Shown here piece after piece: positions 48,276 to 57,321 of a DNA stretch of 64,000 nucleotides. Source of the DNA: Candidatus Pyrohabitans jungbluthii (GTDB taxonomy: Archaea; Hydrothermarchaeota; Hydrothermarchaeia; Hydrothermarchaeales; BMS3B); contig MTMD02000014.1 of NCBI GenBank assembly GCA_002010065.2, positions 1-64,000 on the forward strand, in the 5' to 3' direction. Within the stretch, counting starts at the first letter, position 1; each line of letters begins with the position of its first letter. The notes under the pieces are model-generated. The model saw only the letters and a program-made list of their open reading frames with translations. It did not search any database and was not told the DNA's origin. A program made the position numbers and the translations under genes.

Positions 48276-51023
48276 ATGAAAGACCGGCTTATTTTACTTT
48301 TGATTTTCACGGTTTTACCCGCTATTCTCCTGAGCGGCTGTTTTGGCGGTGGGGAGGAGTTTGTGGAGGAGGTGATACTCGAAAAAACCATAAATCCAGA
48401 TGAGACCCAGACTGTGGAATTTGACGGCGGGAGTGTTACAATACCTTTTGGAACAATCGACGAGAATGATACCTTAAGAGTGGCAGTGGTGAAAAAAGCA
48501 CCAAAACCAGAAGGTGCTGAAATATTAAGAGCCTACAATATAGATTTGGCCAAGACGGAAAATCTCAACGGATATATTGAGATAAAGCTGAGGCACACCG
48601 GGCCAGCCAAAAACATTGTGGCTCTGACCTACGACGAATCCTCCAAGAGATGGGTGGGTGTGTTGTACAGAATAGTCGATGATGGCGTTATTATATACAC
48701 CCCGCACCTGTCCTATTTTGCCACAGCTGTGGTGACTCACGAGTCAGGACCAATGGCAAAGATAAACTTAGATTACGTATCCGCAGCCGGCGTCTCAATG
48801 GATGAGGATAGAGCGTTAGCTGTGCTGCGGGAATACGTAAACAACAACTACGAGCCTGGTCCCAATGCCTACAGGGTTGGCTGGGACGCCGCGATGGAGT
48901 ATTTTGGAATTGGGGGTGCAGCATCAACCTTCGCCCAGCATGGGCTTGACGTGCAGACGCTTGATAAGTTCAACACATGGGCAACGCACTTAGGGGTTGT
49001 GTTTGCAGTAATACAGCTTGGCTGGGATCTGTATGATGGAAATGCCGATGAAGGAACTGTTAACTTTCTGAAGAACATGATGTACTCGGCGGTGGGTGAG
49101 TTTGGCACCCCAGCAATGCAACTCAGCTTTGTTGGTGTATTTGCAATAGACTACTCTCTAACAAAGTTCATGGTAACCGCTATAAGCGACAGGGAGAAGA
49201 TATGGGAGGAAGCCTACAAGCTGTACTATAAGAAAGATGATAGGGTAAAGCAGAAGAAAAAGATGAAATACTGGTATGATGAATTTTTAAAACTTTACAA
49301 GGAGAGCAGAACTCCTGCGGAATTAAAAGCAAAAATTGATAAAGCTATAAACGACTACGTTTACGATTTCTGGGAGGATGAAACCACAGTTGCTTTCTAT
49401 CAGGAAGAGGTCATGAAACACGCCTGGACCGGCGGCGGTGGGCTGAACGAGGAGCTTAAAAAGAAAATCTCAGAAAATCATAAGGCGGAGCTTATGAATG
49501 CCCTAAAGCCAGTATTTTGGAGGCTTGAAGAGCAGATTTTACTTGAAATGCAGGCAAAAGCCACCAGACAATTGAAGAAAATGGCTGAGGAACTGAACAA
49601 AGTGTATACCCTGAATGTCAGGGTAAACGGTCCAAAAGATTTTGTTTCGGGGCTTGAAGTTTATATTCCAGTGAAGGCGGGTAATCAGGAGCAGTGGAGC
49701 TGGGAGACGGACGAGAGCGGCGAGTGCTTCATCAGGTTTACCCTCTACGGACTCCTGAAATCACAGGCAAAGAACAAGGTTGTGCTTATAACAAAGACTG
49801 GAGAAAAAATTGAGCAGGAGTTCAAGCTCACTTCTAGGTCAACGAGCGTTGTTTTTAATATAGAGGGCAAGGGTAGCATTCAGGTCAGCGTAACACCGAA
49901 GAGGGTTGCTCCCGGGGACAAGATTAAGGTGAGCGTTCAGGTAAATCCGCCTGTTGAAACAGAGCTGGAGATTAAGATAGAGAATATTGAGACGGGGTAT
50001 GGAAAGAAATCAGAGCCGTGGAAGGTTAAGACAGGCAAGGACGGCAGATACGAGAGCAACTTTGTTATCCAGCCCAAAGATGTTTATAAGAAGGCGGGTA
50101 AGAATGTGTTAATTGTCACCGCCCCAGAGCTCGGAGCTGAAGGCAAAGCAACCTTCGAGATTATCAAGCCGGAGATCAGCGTTACAGTCTCACCCTCAAC
50201 AGTTAGACCGGGTGAGGCTGTGGTGATAAAGGCGAGGGTTGAGCCGCCCGGGAGGTATAAAGCCAAGCTTTCCGTTTTGAACGCGCAGAGCGGTGCGAGC
50301 TACAGCGACATAAAATACACGGACAGCAGCGGAAACTTCAGATATCAGCTGAGGATATACGCGAAAAACATCGAGCAAAAGCTGGGAACAAACATCGTCA
50401 GCGTTGAGATACCAAAACTCGGGGTTATGGGCACCGCAAGCTTTGTTGTTGAGGCAGAGGTGATGCCGACACCGAAGCCAACGCAGACGCCGGCACCCAC
50501 ATCTGAGCCTACAGGGACACCACTTCCAGGAGAGCCCACAACTACACCACAGGCTGAAAGTCCCTTCAATTTAAATAAGGAATATAAGGCAGGTTTTGTG
50601 GTAGATGTAGAACTCCAAGATGGAAAGCGCGATTGGTTTAATTTAAATACCTATGGATATGGCAGTAAAGTAACTAACAATATATATCATGTTAAGTATG
50701 ACTATCGTGGAGACCCAAGGACTATAGGAGAGTTCAAAGCAACTTTCGACCAAAATTACAGGCTCATGACAATAAATGCTTGGCAAAAGATATTAAATAA
50801 AAAAGGAGATGTCGAACTTGAAAAAGGATTAATCTGCAACAATCTTGGATTAGATGTTTATGGCAGATCTTGGAATGGGGATAGGGTGAGATATTGGAGT
50901 GGAGATGAAAAATTGCTATCTTCTTCCTGTACTGCGTATCATCGACATTTGGGCACTGAAATGAAAATAAAGCGGGTCGTTGAACTGGATATTAAGTTTA
51001 GAATGATTGAAGATGAAAAATGA
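48276..51023 (+). CDS. Large lipoprotein: ZU5/GPS-like domain, helical region, two Ig-like repeats, PT linker, low-GC C-terminal domain
   Basis: Lipobox LLSGC; V-x-IP-x-G...YDE-x-x-x-x-W...TPHLSYF; repeats VSVTPKRVAPGD and VTVSPSTVRPGE; PTPKPTQTPAPT linker. Confidence 0.8.
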   Translation: MKDRLILLLIFTVLPAILLSGCFGGGEEFVEEVILEKTINPDETQTVEFDGGSVTIPFGTIDENDTLRVAVVKKAPKPEGAEILRAYNIDLAKTENLNGYIEIKLRHTGPAKNIVALTYDESSKRWVGVLYRIVDDGVIIYTPHLSYFATAVVTHESGPMAKINLDYVSAAGVSMDEDRALAVLREYVNNNYEPGPNAYRVGWDAAMEYFGIGGAASTFAQHGLDVQTLDKFNTWATHLGVVFAVIQLGWDLYDGNADEGTVNFLKNMMYSAVGEFGTPAMQLSFVGVFAIDYSLTKFMVTAISDREKIWEEAYKLYYKKDDRVKQKKKMKYWYDEFLKLYKESRTPAELKAKIDKAINDYVYDFWEDETTVAFYQEEVMKHAWTGGGGLNEELKKKISENHKAELMNALKPVFWRLEEQILLEMQAKATRQLKKMAEELNKVYTLNVRVNGPKDFVSGLEVYIPVKAGNQEQWSWETDESGECFIRFTLYGLLKSQAKNKVVLITKTGEKIEQEFKLTSRSTSVVFNIEGKGSIQVSVTPKRVAPGDKIKVSVQVNPPVETELEIKIENIETGYGKKSEPWKVKTGKDGRYESNFVIQPKDVYKKAGKNVLIVTAPELGAEGKATFEIIKPEISVTVSPSTVRPGEAVVIKARVEPPGRYKAKLSVLNAQSGASYSDIKYTDSSGNFRYQLRIYAKNIEQKLGTNIVSVEIPKLGVMGTASFVVEAEVMPTPKPTQTPAPTSEPTGTPLPGEPTTTPQAESPFNLNKEYKAGFVVDVELQDGKRDWFNLNTYGYGSKVTNNIYHVKYDYRGDPRTIGEFKATFDQNYRLMTINAWQKILNKKGDVELEKGLICNNLGLDVYGRSWNGDRVRYWSGDEKLLSSSCTAYHRHLGTEMKIKRVVELDIKFRMIEDEK

Positions 51024-51108
51024 ATCCAAGGTTGCCTTGAGTGACACAATTGATGAAACGCTATCCCGTAGCGTTTGCAATTTATTTACACCTGACAGGT
51101 GATAAAAG

Positions 51109-52086
51109 GTGTTTGGTTTGGAGTGGGAGTACGACGTGATGTACTGGGTTAATGCGATAACTATTTCATCAGACAGCTCTTTCATCGTTGCCGGTTCTGC
51201 TGATGGAGGGATACATTCACTCGCCAGAAACGGCGAGCTTCTGTGGGATTATGAAGCAGAGGGCAGCATCCGTGCGATGGCTGTGGTGGAAGATGCCTCA
51301 TGCATCGCCGCGGGCATAGACGGCGGGGAGGTGCTCCTACTCAGCAGGAGCGGTGAGCTTATCTGGAGCCATGGGCTTGAAAGCAGGGTTAGCTCTGTCT
51401 CCGTCCCGTCGGATGGGTCTTTTGTAGCCGCAGGTGCAGGTGGCTGGCTCTATGTCTTCAGCAGACGCGGAAAACTCCTGTGGAGCAGTAAGGTTGCCCG
51501 GAGCGTTGATTCGGTATCTGCATCGGCAAACGGCTCATGCATAGCTGTGGGAGCCAGAGACCTGAGCAGCGGTAAGGTTTGCCTTTTCGACAGGCATGGA
51601 GATGTGCTCTGGGAGCAGAAGACCGGCTGGAGCTTAGCCGGGAGCGTGAAGGTTGCAGCCTCTCAGAGAGGGACGCTGATTGCCGCGGGCTCGTTGCACG
51701 GTGTAAGGATGTTCGACGCGGGTGGTGAGTGTCTGTGGTACTACGAAACCGGAGGTGGCGTTGAGGATTTAGCCTTCTCTCCGGACGGCAACTACGTGGT
51801 TGCCGGCACCCTCGATGGGGCGGTTTATTTATTTAGCAAAGATGGAATGGTGTGGAGCAGAAAACTTAAAAGCTCAATCCGGGCGGTTGGGATTTCAGAA
51901 GCAGGCTGCAGCGTGGCGGCTCTGGACAACGGTTTCATTTACCTGTTTGATAGGGAGGGTGAGATTCTCTGGGAGAAGGAGACATACGAGGGCATTTGCA
52001 GTATAGACATTTCCCGCGACGGCTTGTGCATTGCCGCTGGCTCTGAGGACGGCGTTGTGTACATGTTTTCAAGGAGAAGAACCTGA
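51109..52086 (+). CDS. WD40/PQQ-like beta-propeller protein
   Basis: About eight repeats of V-x-x-S-x-DG-x-x-I-x-AG-x-x-DG-x-V-x-LF-x-x-x-G-x-x-LW; no signal peptide. Confidence 0.88.
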   Translation: MFGLEWEYDVMYWVNAITISSDSSFIVAGSADGGIHSLARNGELLWDYEAEGSIRAMAVVEDASCIAAGIDGGEVLLLSRSGELIWSHGLESRVSSVSVPSDGSFVAAGAGGWLYVFSRRGKLLWSSKVARSVDSVSASANGSCIAVGARDLSSGKVCLFDRHGDVLWEQKTGWSLAGSVKVAASQRGTLIAAGSLHGVRMFDAGGECLWYYETGGGVEDLAFSPDGNYVVAGTLDGAVYLFSKDGMVWSRKLKSSIRAVGISEAGCSVAALDNGFIYLFDREGEILWEKETYEGICSIDISRDGLCIAAGSEDGVVYMFSRRRT

Positions 52087-52135
52087 GAAATCACTGAGTA
52101 TTGATGCAGACGGAGCGTGTAGATGTTATATAATT

Positions 52136-52444
52136 TCAGCGCAGCAGCCACTTCTCACCCCATCTTCGCAGCGCATTCTCAAGCTCACGCAGGTCTTTGC
52201 CCTTCTCGGTGAGGGAATACTCCACTCTTATAGGTGAGTTGTAAACTTTTCTTTTCACAATCCCCTGCTCTTCCAGCTCTTTTAGGCACTTGGAGAGGGT
52301 TTTTGAAGAAATCGCCCCGAGGCTACGCTTGAGTTCATTAAAGCCCTTTGGTCCATCAAAAAGGAAGTGGACTATTGCTAGGTGCCACTTTCTGCCCAGT
52401 AGATTTATCGCCTCCACCACCGGGCAAACTTCCCTCTGCCTCAT
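52136..52444 (-). CDS. HxlR/DUF24 family redox-sensing regulator
   Basis: CPV-x-x-AI-x-LLG-x-KW...RVEYSLTEKG. Confidence 0.93.
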   Translation of the reverse strand: MRQREVCPVVEAINLLGRKWHLAIVHFLFDGPKGFNELKRSLGAISSKTLSKCLKELEEQGIVKRKVYNSPIRVEYSLTEKGKDLRELENALRRWGEKWLLR

Positions 52445-52466
52445 CTAAATCACCACCGGGAAATCT

Positions 52467-52500
52467 GGTTACATCTAGGTTACGTTAAGTATAAATACTT
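52467..52500. promoter_or_regulatory. Putative HxlR operator in the divergent promoter
   Basis: GGTTAC direct repeats (52467, 52478) and the palindrome AAGTAT-AA-ATACTT (52487-52500) overlapping a TATA-like box. Confidence 0.5.
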
Positions 52501-52544
52501 TTCTATGGAAACTAGGTATAAAAAGGAAATTGGAGGTGAAAGAT

Positions 52545-52742
52545 GTGGCAAGGCTGGTGAAGTTGGAAGGAAAGGAGCCGAAGGTAATAACCGAGGAGGA
52601 GGCGAAGTTTCCCATAGGTATATGTACCTGCGGCTTAAGTGCAAACTTCCCATTCTGTGACGGCTCCCACAAGCGCTGCGCAGACGAGGAGGAAGGCTCG
52701 CTCTACGTCTACGATGCAAACTCCAGGGTGAGGGTAAAGTAA
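52545..52742 (+). CDS. CDGSH iron-sulfur domain protein
   Basis: CTCGLSANFPFCDGSH; GTG start after GGAGGTGA. Confidence 0.92.
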   Translation: MARLVKLEGKEPKVITEEEAKFPIGICTCGLSANFPFCDGSHKRCADEEEGSLYVYDANSRVRVK

Positions 52743-52773
52743 CCCTCCCTCTTTCTTTTTCAGTGGAGTAAAA

Positions 52774-53673
52774 ATGCCAAAAATTGAAATCCTGTACTTT
52801 ACAGACCCCTACTGCACCTGGTGCTGGGGGAGCGAGCCCATCCTCAGGAAAATAAAGGAGGTATACGGCGAGCAGGTGAAAATCACCTACATCATGGGGG
52901 GCTTGGTTGAGGACATGGAAAGCTTTTACGACCCTCTCAACGACATCTCACGCGCCGAGCAGGTTGCTCCGCATTGGTTGAGTGCTTCAGAAAGGCATGG
53001 GATGCCGGTTAGTGGTAAGCTCTGGCTCAGCGACCCACCCCGCTCAACCTTTCCCGCGAACATCGCCTACCATGCGGCGAAGCTTCAGAGCGAGGAAAAG
53101 GCAGAGAAGTTTCTTCGAAGGATGCGTGAAGCTGCTGCAGCCGAGGACAAAAACATCTCAAGGTTGGAAGTTCTTGTTGAGCTTGCGGAAGAGGTGGGCT
53201 TGGACGCTGAGAGGTTTGTGCGTGACTTCACAGGAAGAGAAGCTAAGGATGCGTTTCTTAAGGATTTAGCAGTTATGGGCGAAGCCCTTGGTTTAAAGGC
53301 GCCTGAAAAATTCACCTCTGAGGCTGAGAAGGCTTTCTACAGAGACCTGAAGTATGCAAGAAATCTCGGTGTAACTGGCTTCCCCACCTTTCTGGTAAGG
53401 AACGAAAAGGGCGAAGGTATATGGGTCACCGGATACCACCCCTTCAGCACCTTCGAGATGGTTTTCGAGAAGCTGTCTCCAGGGTTAAAGAAGAGAAAGC
53501 CGCAGAGTATTCTTGCATTTATTGAAAAGTACGGCAGAGTAGCGACGCGGGAAGTGGCAGAGGTTTTCGACCTAACTGACGAAGAGGCTCTTGCAAAACT
53601 TGAAGCGCTGGAAAAAGAGGGGAAAATAAGAAAGCTACGCGCAGGAAACGGCTATTTCTGGGAAATAGTCTAA
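52774..53673 (+). CDS. DsbA/FrnE-like (YjbH-type) thioredoxin-fold protein with a C-terminal winged helix
   Basis: FTDPYCTWCWG and GVTGFPT motifs. Confidence 0.85.
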   Translation: MPKIEILYFTDPYCTWCWGSEPILRKIKEVYGEQVKITYIMGGLVEDMESFYDPLNDISRAEQVAPHWLSASERHGMPVSGKLWLSDPPRSTFPANIAYHAAKLQSEEKAEKFLRRMREAAAAEDKNISRLEVLVELAEEVGLDAERFVRDFTGREAKDAFLKDLAVMGEALGLKAPEKFTSEAEKAFYRDLKYARNLGVTGFPTFLVRNEKGEGIWVTGYHPFSTFEMVFEKLSPGLKKRKPQSILAFIEKYGRVATREVAEVFDLTDEEALAKLEALEKEGKIRKLRAGNGYFWEIV

Positions 53674-54125
53674 TCCTTTGTCTTCCTCTTGTGATGCCTG
53701 TCCTCCCATGCACCGTACTTCGGGTTGGTTATGGTGTAGTGCTGCGGCGAGTATGGCTTAATGTCCAGCACCGGCGAGCCGTCCATCGCATCTAAGCCCT
53801 TAAGATAGAGCTTATTTCCCTCGATTTTTATAATCCTGCAGGGGGTTATACCTATGGGGTTCGGTCTGAATGGACCACCGCTGGCAAAGACGCCTATCTC
53901 CTCATCGCCATGAGGTGGCTTAACCCGGAGTCCGCGAAACTCTGCGCGGTGCATGTGGTATATGATAAACACGTGGGAAAAGTGCTCGGCCAGGTTGTAA
54001 AGCCCGTCCTTGTACTCCTCGAAGACCTCCACAACGCCTTCGCCAGAGTCCTCGAACTCTTCGTGCTGCTCTGGTGACTTAAACTCCGACCTCACTATAC
54101 CAATGGGCTTGTAGCAGATTTCCAT
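53670..54125 (-). CDS. TsaA/TrmO-like SAM-binding protein
   Basis: KPIG, GVFA...RPNPIG and GLDA-x-DGSPVLDIKPY. Confidence 0.85.
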   Translation of the reverse strand: MEICYKPIGIVRSEFKSPEQHEEFEDSGEGVVEVFEEYKDGLYNLAEHFSHVFIIYHMHRAEFRGLRVKPPHGDEEIGVFASGGPFRPNPIGITPCRIIKIEGNKLYLKGLDAMDGSPVLDIKPYSPQHYTITNPKYGAWEDRHHKRKTKD

Positions 54126-54143
54126 GCCTTCACCTCACCTAAG

Positions 54144-55334
54144 CTACACAAACCACACAAGAATAACCACGCCCAGAAGTACCATAACTATGCCTGAAGC
54201 GAGTCTCATACTCCTAGCCTTGGACTCTTCCCAGTCCTTCAGCCGCTTTGTAACCTTCTCATTGGAAGCCAGGGCGAGGATGACTATGAGGGGCACGACG
54301 AACATGAAGTTGTACAGCAGCAGGTAGGCCAAGCCCTGAAAATATGTGGTCTTCGCCGAGAGCAATGCAAGAATCGCCACGTATATTCCGCCAGAGCATG
54401 GGAAGGTGCACAGACCAACGAGAAAGCCCAGGACGGCAGCGGAAGGGAAAGTGCCCTTGTACGCCCACCTTCTCAGTGTGGCATGGCTGAAGCTTGGAAT
54501 GCGGAGGTGGATGGGCAGGATGAAGGGGTTGATGTAGTCTTTAATGTTTATCAGCCCCAGGATTATTATAAGATAGGCGCCCAGTTTTGCCATGAAGTGG
54601 GGTCTGCCCGTAAATATCAGCGCCTTCATTATACCAATGCCTATGAGGAAGTAGGCCAGGTAGATGGCTGAGATGTACACAACGCCCATCTTAAGCACGC
54701 CGGCGCGGGTCTTCTTGATAGTGAATAGGAAGGCGATGAAGAAGAGCAGTACTGCAAATGCGCAGGGGTTTATCCCATCGAGCAGACCTGTAACAATAAC
54801 CAAGGGAAGTAAGCCGGAGGAGGCGTAGATCCCCTCAAGGTTGCTGGGCTTCATGTCTTTTAGCTCATTAAAGTAAGTTGAGAGGGGCTCGTCTATTGGA
54901 TACTCCCGTATCTCTCCGCCAGGCACCCACACGCGGTAGCTCTTTGCATTCGCCTTCATGGAATCCTGGTATACTACCAGCTTGCCATCCCACTTCAGCG
55001 CTTCCCTCACAGCATGCTCCGGCACGTGTCCCTCGAGAAATATCCTCCCGTCTATGACAGCGGTAAGGTGCCCCTGCAGCCTTGGCGGAATCCCCTCTTT
55101 CTCATTGAGGGAGATTAGCTCTTTCCTGTAGTCTGGGTTATTTATATAGTCCTTGAGCACAATCTTGGTAACACCTTCCTCCTTAAGCAGCGGTATGAGC
55201 CTCTCTTTAATGTAAATAGTACAGTCTGTGCAAGCTTCGTTGTAGTATATCACAGCCTCGCGCTGCTCAGCGGCATAGCTGAGGGGCAGCGATGAAAAGA
55301 TTAGCAGGAGCAGAAAAATATACCTAAGCCTCAT
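54144..55334 (-). CDS. CcdA/DsbD-like protein with an N-terminal thioredoxin-like (CTDC) domain
   Basis: GLLDGINPCAF and FPCSGGIY; signal peptide; multi-TM C-terminal half. Confidence 0.85.
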   Translation of the reverse strand: MRLRYIFLLLLIFSSLPLSYAAEQREAVIYYNEACTDCTIYIKERLIPLLKEEGVTKIVLKDYINNPDYRKELISLNEKEGIPPRLQGHLTAVIDGRIFLEGHVPEHAVREALKWDGKLVVYQDSMKANAKSYRVWVPGGEIREYPIDEPLSTYFNELKDMKPSNLEGIYASSGLLPLVIVTGLLDGINPCAFAVLLFFIAFLFTIKKTRAGVLKMGVVYISAIYLAYFLIGIGIMKALIFTGRPHFMAKLGAYLIIILGLINIKDYINPFILPIHLRIPSFSHATLRRWAYKGTFPSAAVLGFLVGLCTFPCSGGIYVAILALLSAKTTYFQGLAYLLLYNFMFVVPLIVILALASNEKVTKRLKDWEESKARSMRLASGIVMVLLGVVILVWFV

Positions 55335-55750
55335 TTCTCTTCCTCCTTAACAACCACTGCAGTTAAAGGTATAACAACCTCCGGCTCAGCCGGGTCGTTT
55401 GTTAGAATGTACACTTCTCTGTAGACCTCGCCAAGTACCTCTACCTCCATTAGGTTGGGGTCGAAGGTTACAAGAAGCTCCGCCTCCTCACCGGGGGCGA
55501 TCAAAGTCTTGTTTATGTACGCGCGCGTGCATCCGCAGGATGTACTCACCGCCTTTATCTCAAGAGGGGCGTCGCCGACGTTTCTTACAGTGAACACCTT
55601 CCTTACCTCCACGTAGGGAACCTCGCCGAAGTCGTAGCTCGCTGGCGTAACCTCTATCTTCGGCTCACCCTCTACAGAGAGGTACTTCACAGCGCTGACG
55701 GCGACAATAACTCCTGCTACAAACAGGAAGTAGAGGTAGAGGCTCTTCAT
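55331..55750 (-). CDS. DUF1573-like Ig domain protein
   Basis: YDFG, N-x-G-x-x-PL-x-I, TSCGCT and TNDP; N-terminal TM. Confidence 0.85.
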   Translation of the reverse strand: MKSLYLYFLFVAGVIVAVSAVKYLSVEGEPKIEVTPASYDFGEVPYVEVRKVFTVRNVGDAPLEIKAVSTSCGCTRAYINKTLIAPGEEAELLVTFDPNLMEVEVLGEVYREVYILTNDPAEPEVVIPLTAVVVKEEEK

Positions 55751-56308
55751 TCAATCCACCTGAATAACCCTTATATACACCCTAGCCACTGGCTTCTGCG
55801 GGTCGTTGGTGTAGAGGTTTACATACCTCACGACCTCACCTCTGAGATCGGGGTGAACCTTGGGATCGTAGTAAACCTTGAGGTAGGCTTTCTCTCCGGG
55901 ATGGATTCTCTGACTCCACCACTTTGGATTTGTGCCGTGCTCCCGCATATTGAATTTTGGACCTTCCTTTCCATTGTATATGATAGAGGCGGAGGTGCAC
56001 CCACAGGAGGTGTCCATATCGTCGATTACCAAATCGCCATCACCTCGATTCTCAATAACAAAGGTGGTGGTTACCACACCGCCCCTGACGCTCACCGTGC
56101 CAAAGTCGTATGCCTCAGGGGTAATCACCATTTTCGGCGTTCCCTCGATTATCTCTTCGGATTTTGAGAATTTTAAAGAATAGATTCCTATCGCCAGAAG
56201 CAAGAGGGCTGCAGCTATGATATATATCCCTCTGTTATTTTTTCTTTTTGCATTTTTTGCCTTCACTTTTTCTTTATTTTTTCGATATTTTTTCTTTTTC
56301 TTAGCCAT
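55751..56308 (-). CDS. DUF1573-like Ig domain protein
   Basis: YDFG, TSCGCT and TNDP; basic N-terminus plus TM; ATG after GGAGGTGA. Confidence 0.85.
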   Translation of the reverse strand: MAKKKKKYRKNKEKVKAKNAKRKNNRGIYIIAAALLLLAIGIYSLKFSKSEEIIEGTPKMVITPEAYDFGTVSVRGGVVTTTFVIENRGDGDLVIDDMDTSCGCTSASIIYNGKEGPKFNMREHGTNPKWWSQRIHPGEKAYLKVYYDPKVHPDLRGEVVRYVNLYTNDPQKPVARVYIRVIQVD

Positions 56309-56319
56309 ATCTTCACCTC

Positions 56320-57021
56320 CTAAAGCAGGGCGGGGAAGTAAGGCAGAAGCTTTGCCTGTATATATCTGTCTACGCCAAAGAGGATGCCAATGCCTGTGAG
56401 TATTATCACCCACCCGGCGAACTTTCTCATCCTGAGTGAGTTCCTCCTTACCCACTCAAGTCTTGCTCCGTAGCGCTTGCTCCCATACGCCACGGCGAGC
56501 ATGGGTATGCCGAGGCCTATGGAGTACACAAAGAGCATGAAGGAGCCCCTAAGTATGTCTCCACCCATGGCGACGTAGGATAGCACCGCTCCGAGCACCG
56601 GGCCGACGCAGGGTATCCAGACTATGCCCAGGGAGAGCCCCAGGAGGAACGCTCCGCCGAGAGAGTCTTCGCCGGTTTTTAAAGGTAAAAACTTTGAAAG
56701 CCTCCCGACGAGGGAAGAAGAGTGCTTTACATAAGCCTGGTTTAGTTCATCGTCCACCATTATGGCACCAAAGCCTATCATAAAGGCAATCGCAAGGTAG
56801 CGCATCACCTCGCCAGCGGCGCTCGCGGCGATGCCAAGAGCGGAGAACACTCCGCCCATAAGTGTGAAGGTGATGGACATGCCCAGGACTATAGCCAGCG
56901 GCCTGAGCTTGCTTCCAACGCTGCCCGCAAGGAGTGGTGGAAGTATTGGTATTATGCAGGGCGTCACCACTGTTAGTACGCCAGCGAGAAATACCAGAAC
57001 TATTGAAGGCTCGGCTACCAT
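56320..57021 (-). CDS. ccdA: Cytochrome c biogenesis protein CcdA
   Basis: TPCIIPILP and WIPCVGPVLG; 6 TMs. Confidence 0.9.
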   Translation of the reverse strand: MVAEPSIVLVFLAGVLTVVTPCIIPILPPLLAGSVGSKLRPLAIVLGMSITFTLMGGVFSALGIAASAAGEVMRYLAIAFMIGFGAIMVDDELNQAYVKHSSSLVGRLSKFLPLKTGEDSLGGAFLLGLSLGIVWIPCVGPVLGAVLSYVAMGGDILRGSFMLFVYSIGLGIPMLAVAYGSKRYGARLEWVRRNSLRMRKFAGWVIILTGIGILFGVDRYIQAKLLPYFPALL

Positions 57022-57321
57022 GTTAATATACCTCGCTTCTTGACAGTCTGTTTATAAGCATAGGCAACAAAAAACACTCCCCACAGATTAATGTGAGGGA
57101 TTATATCCCCCATATTCCCTTGGCCTTGTGAACGCAGCATCCGCCGCGAAGGGACTTATCAAATTTTTGTACAGCATTTGCAGCCACCCTTCAAATTTTT
57201 TTAAATAGATTGATGGTTTTAATCACTAATAACCTTTATTATTTACAAAATAGAAATAGAAGGTGTGTGTCATTTTCCACTTCGTACTATGGTCTGCTCA
57301 GCGTACCCCTCTCAGGACAGT

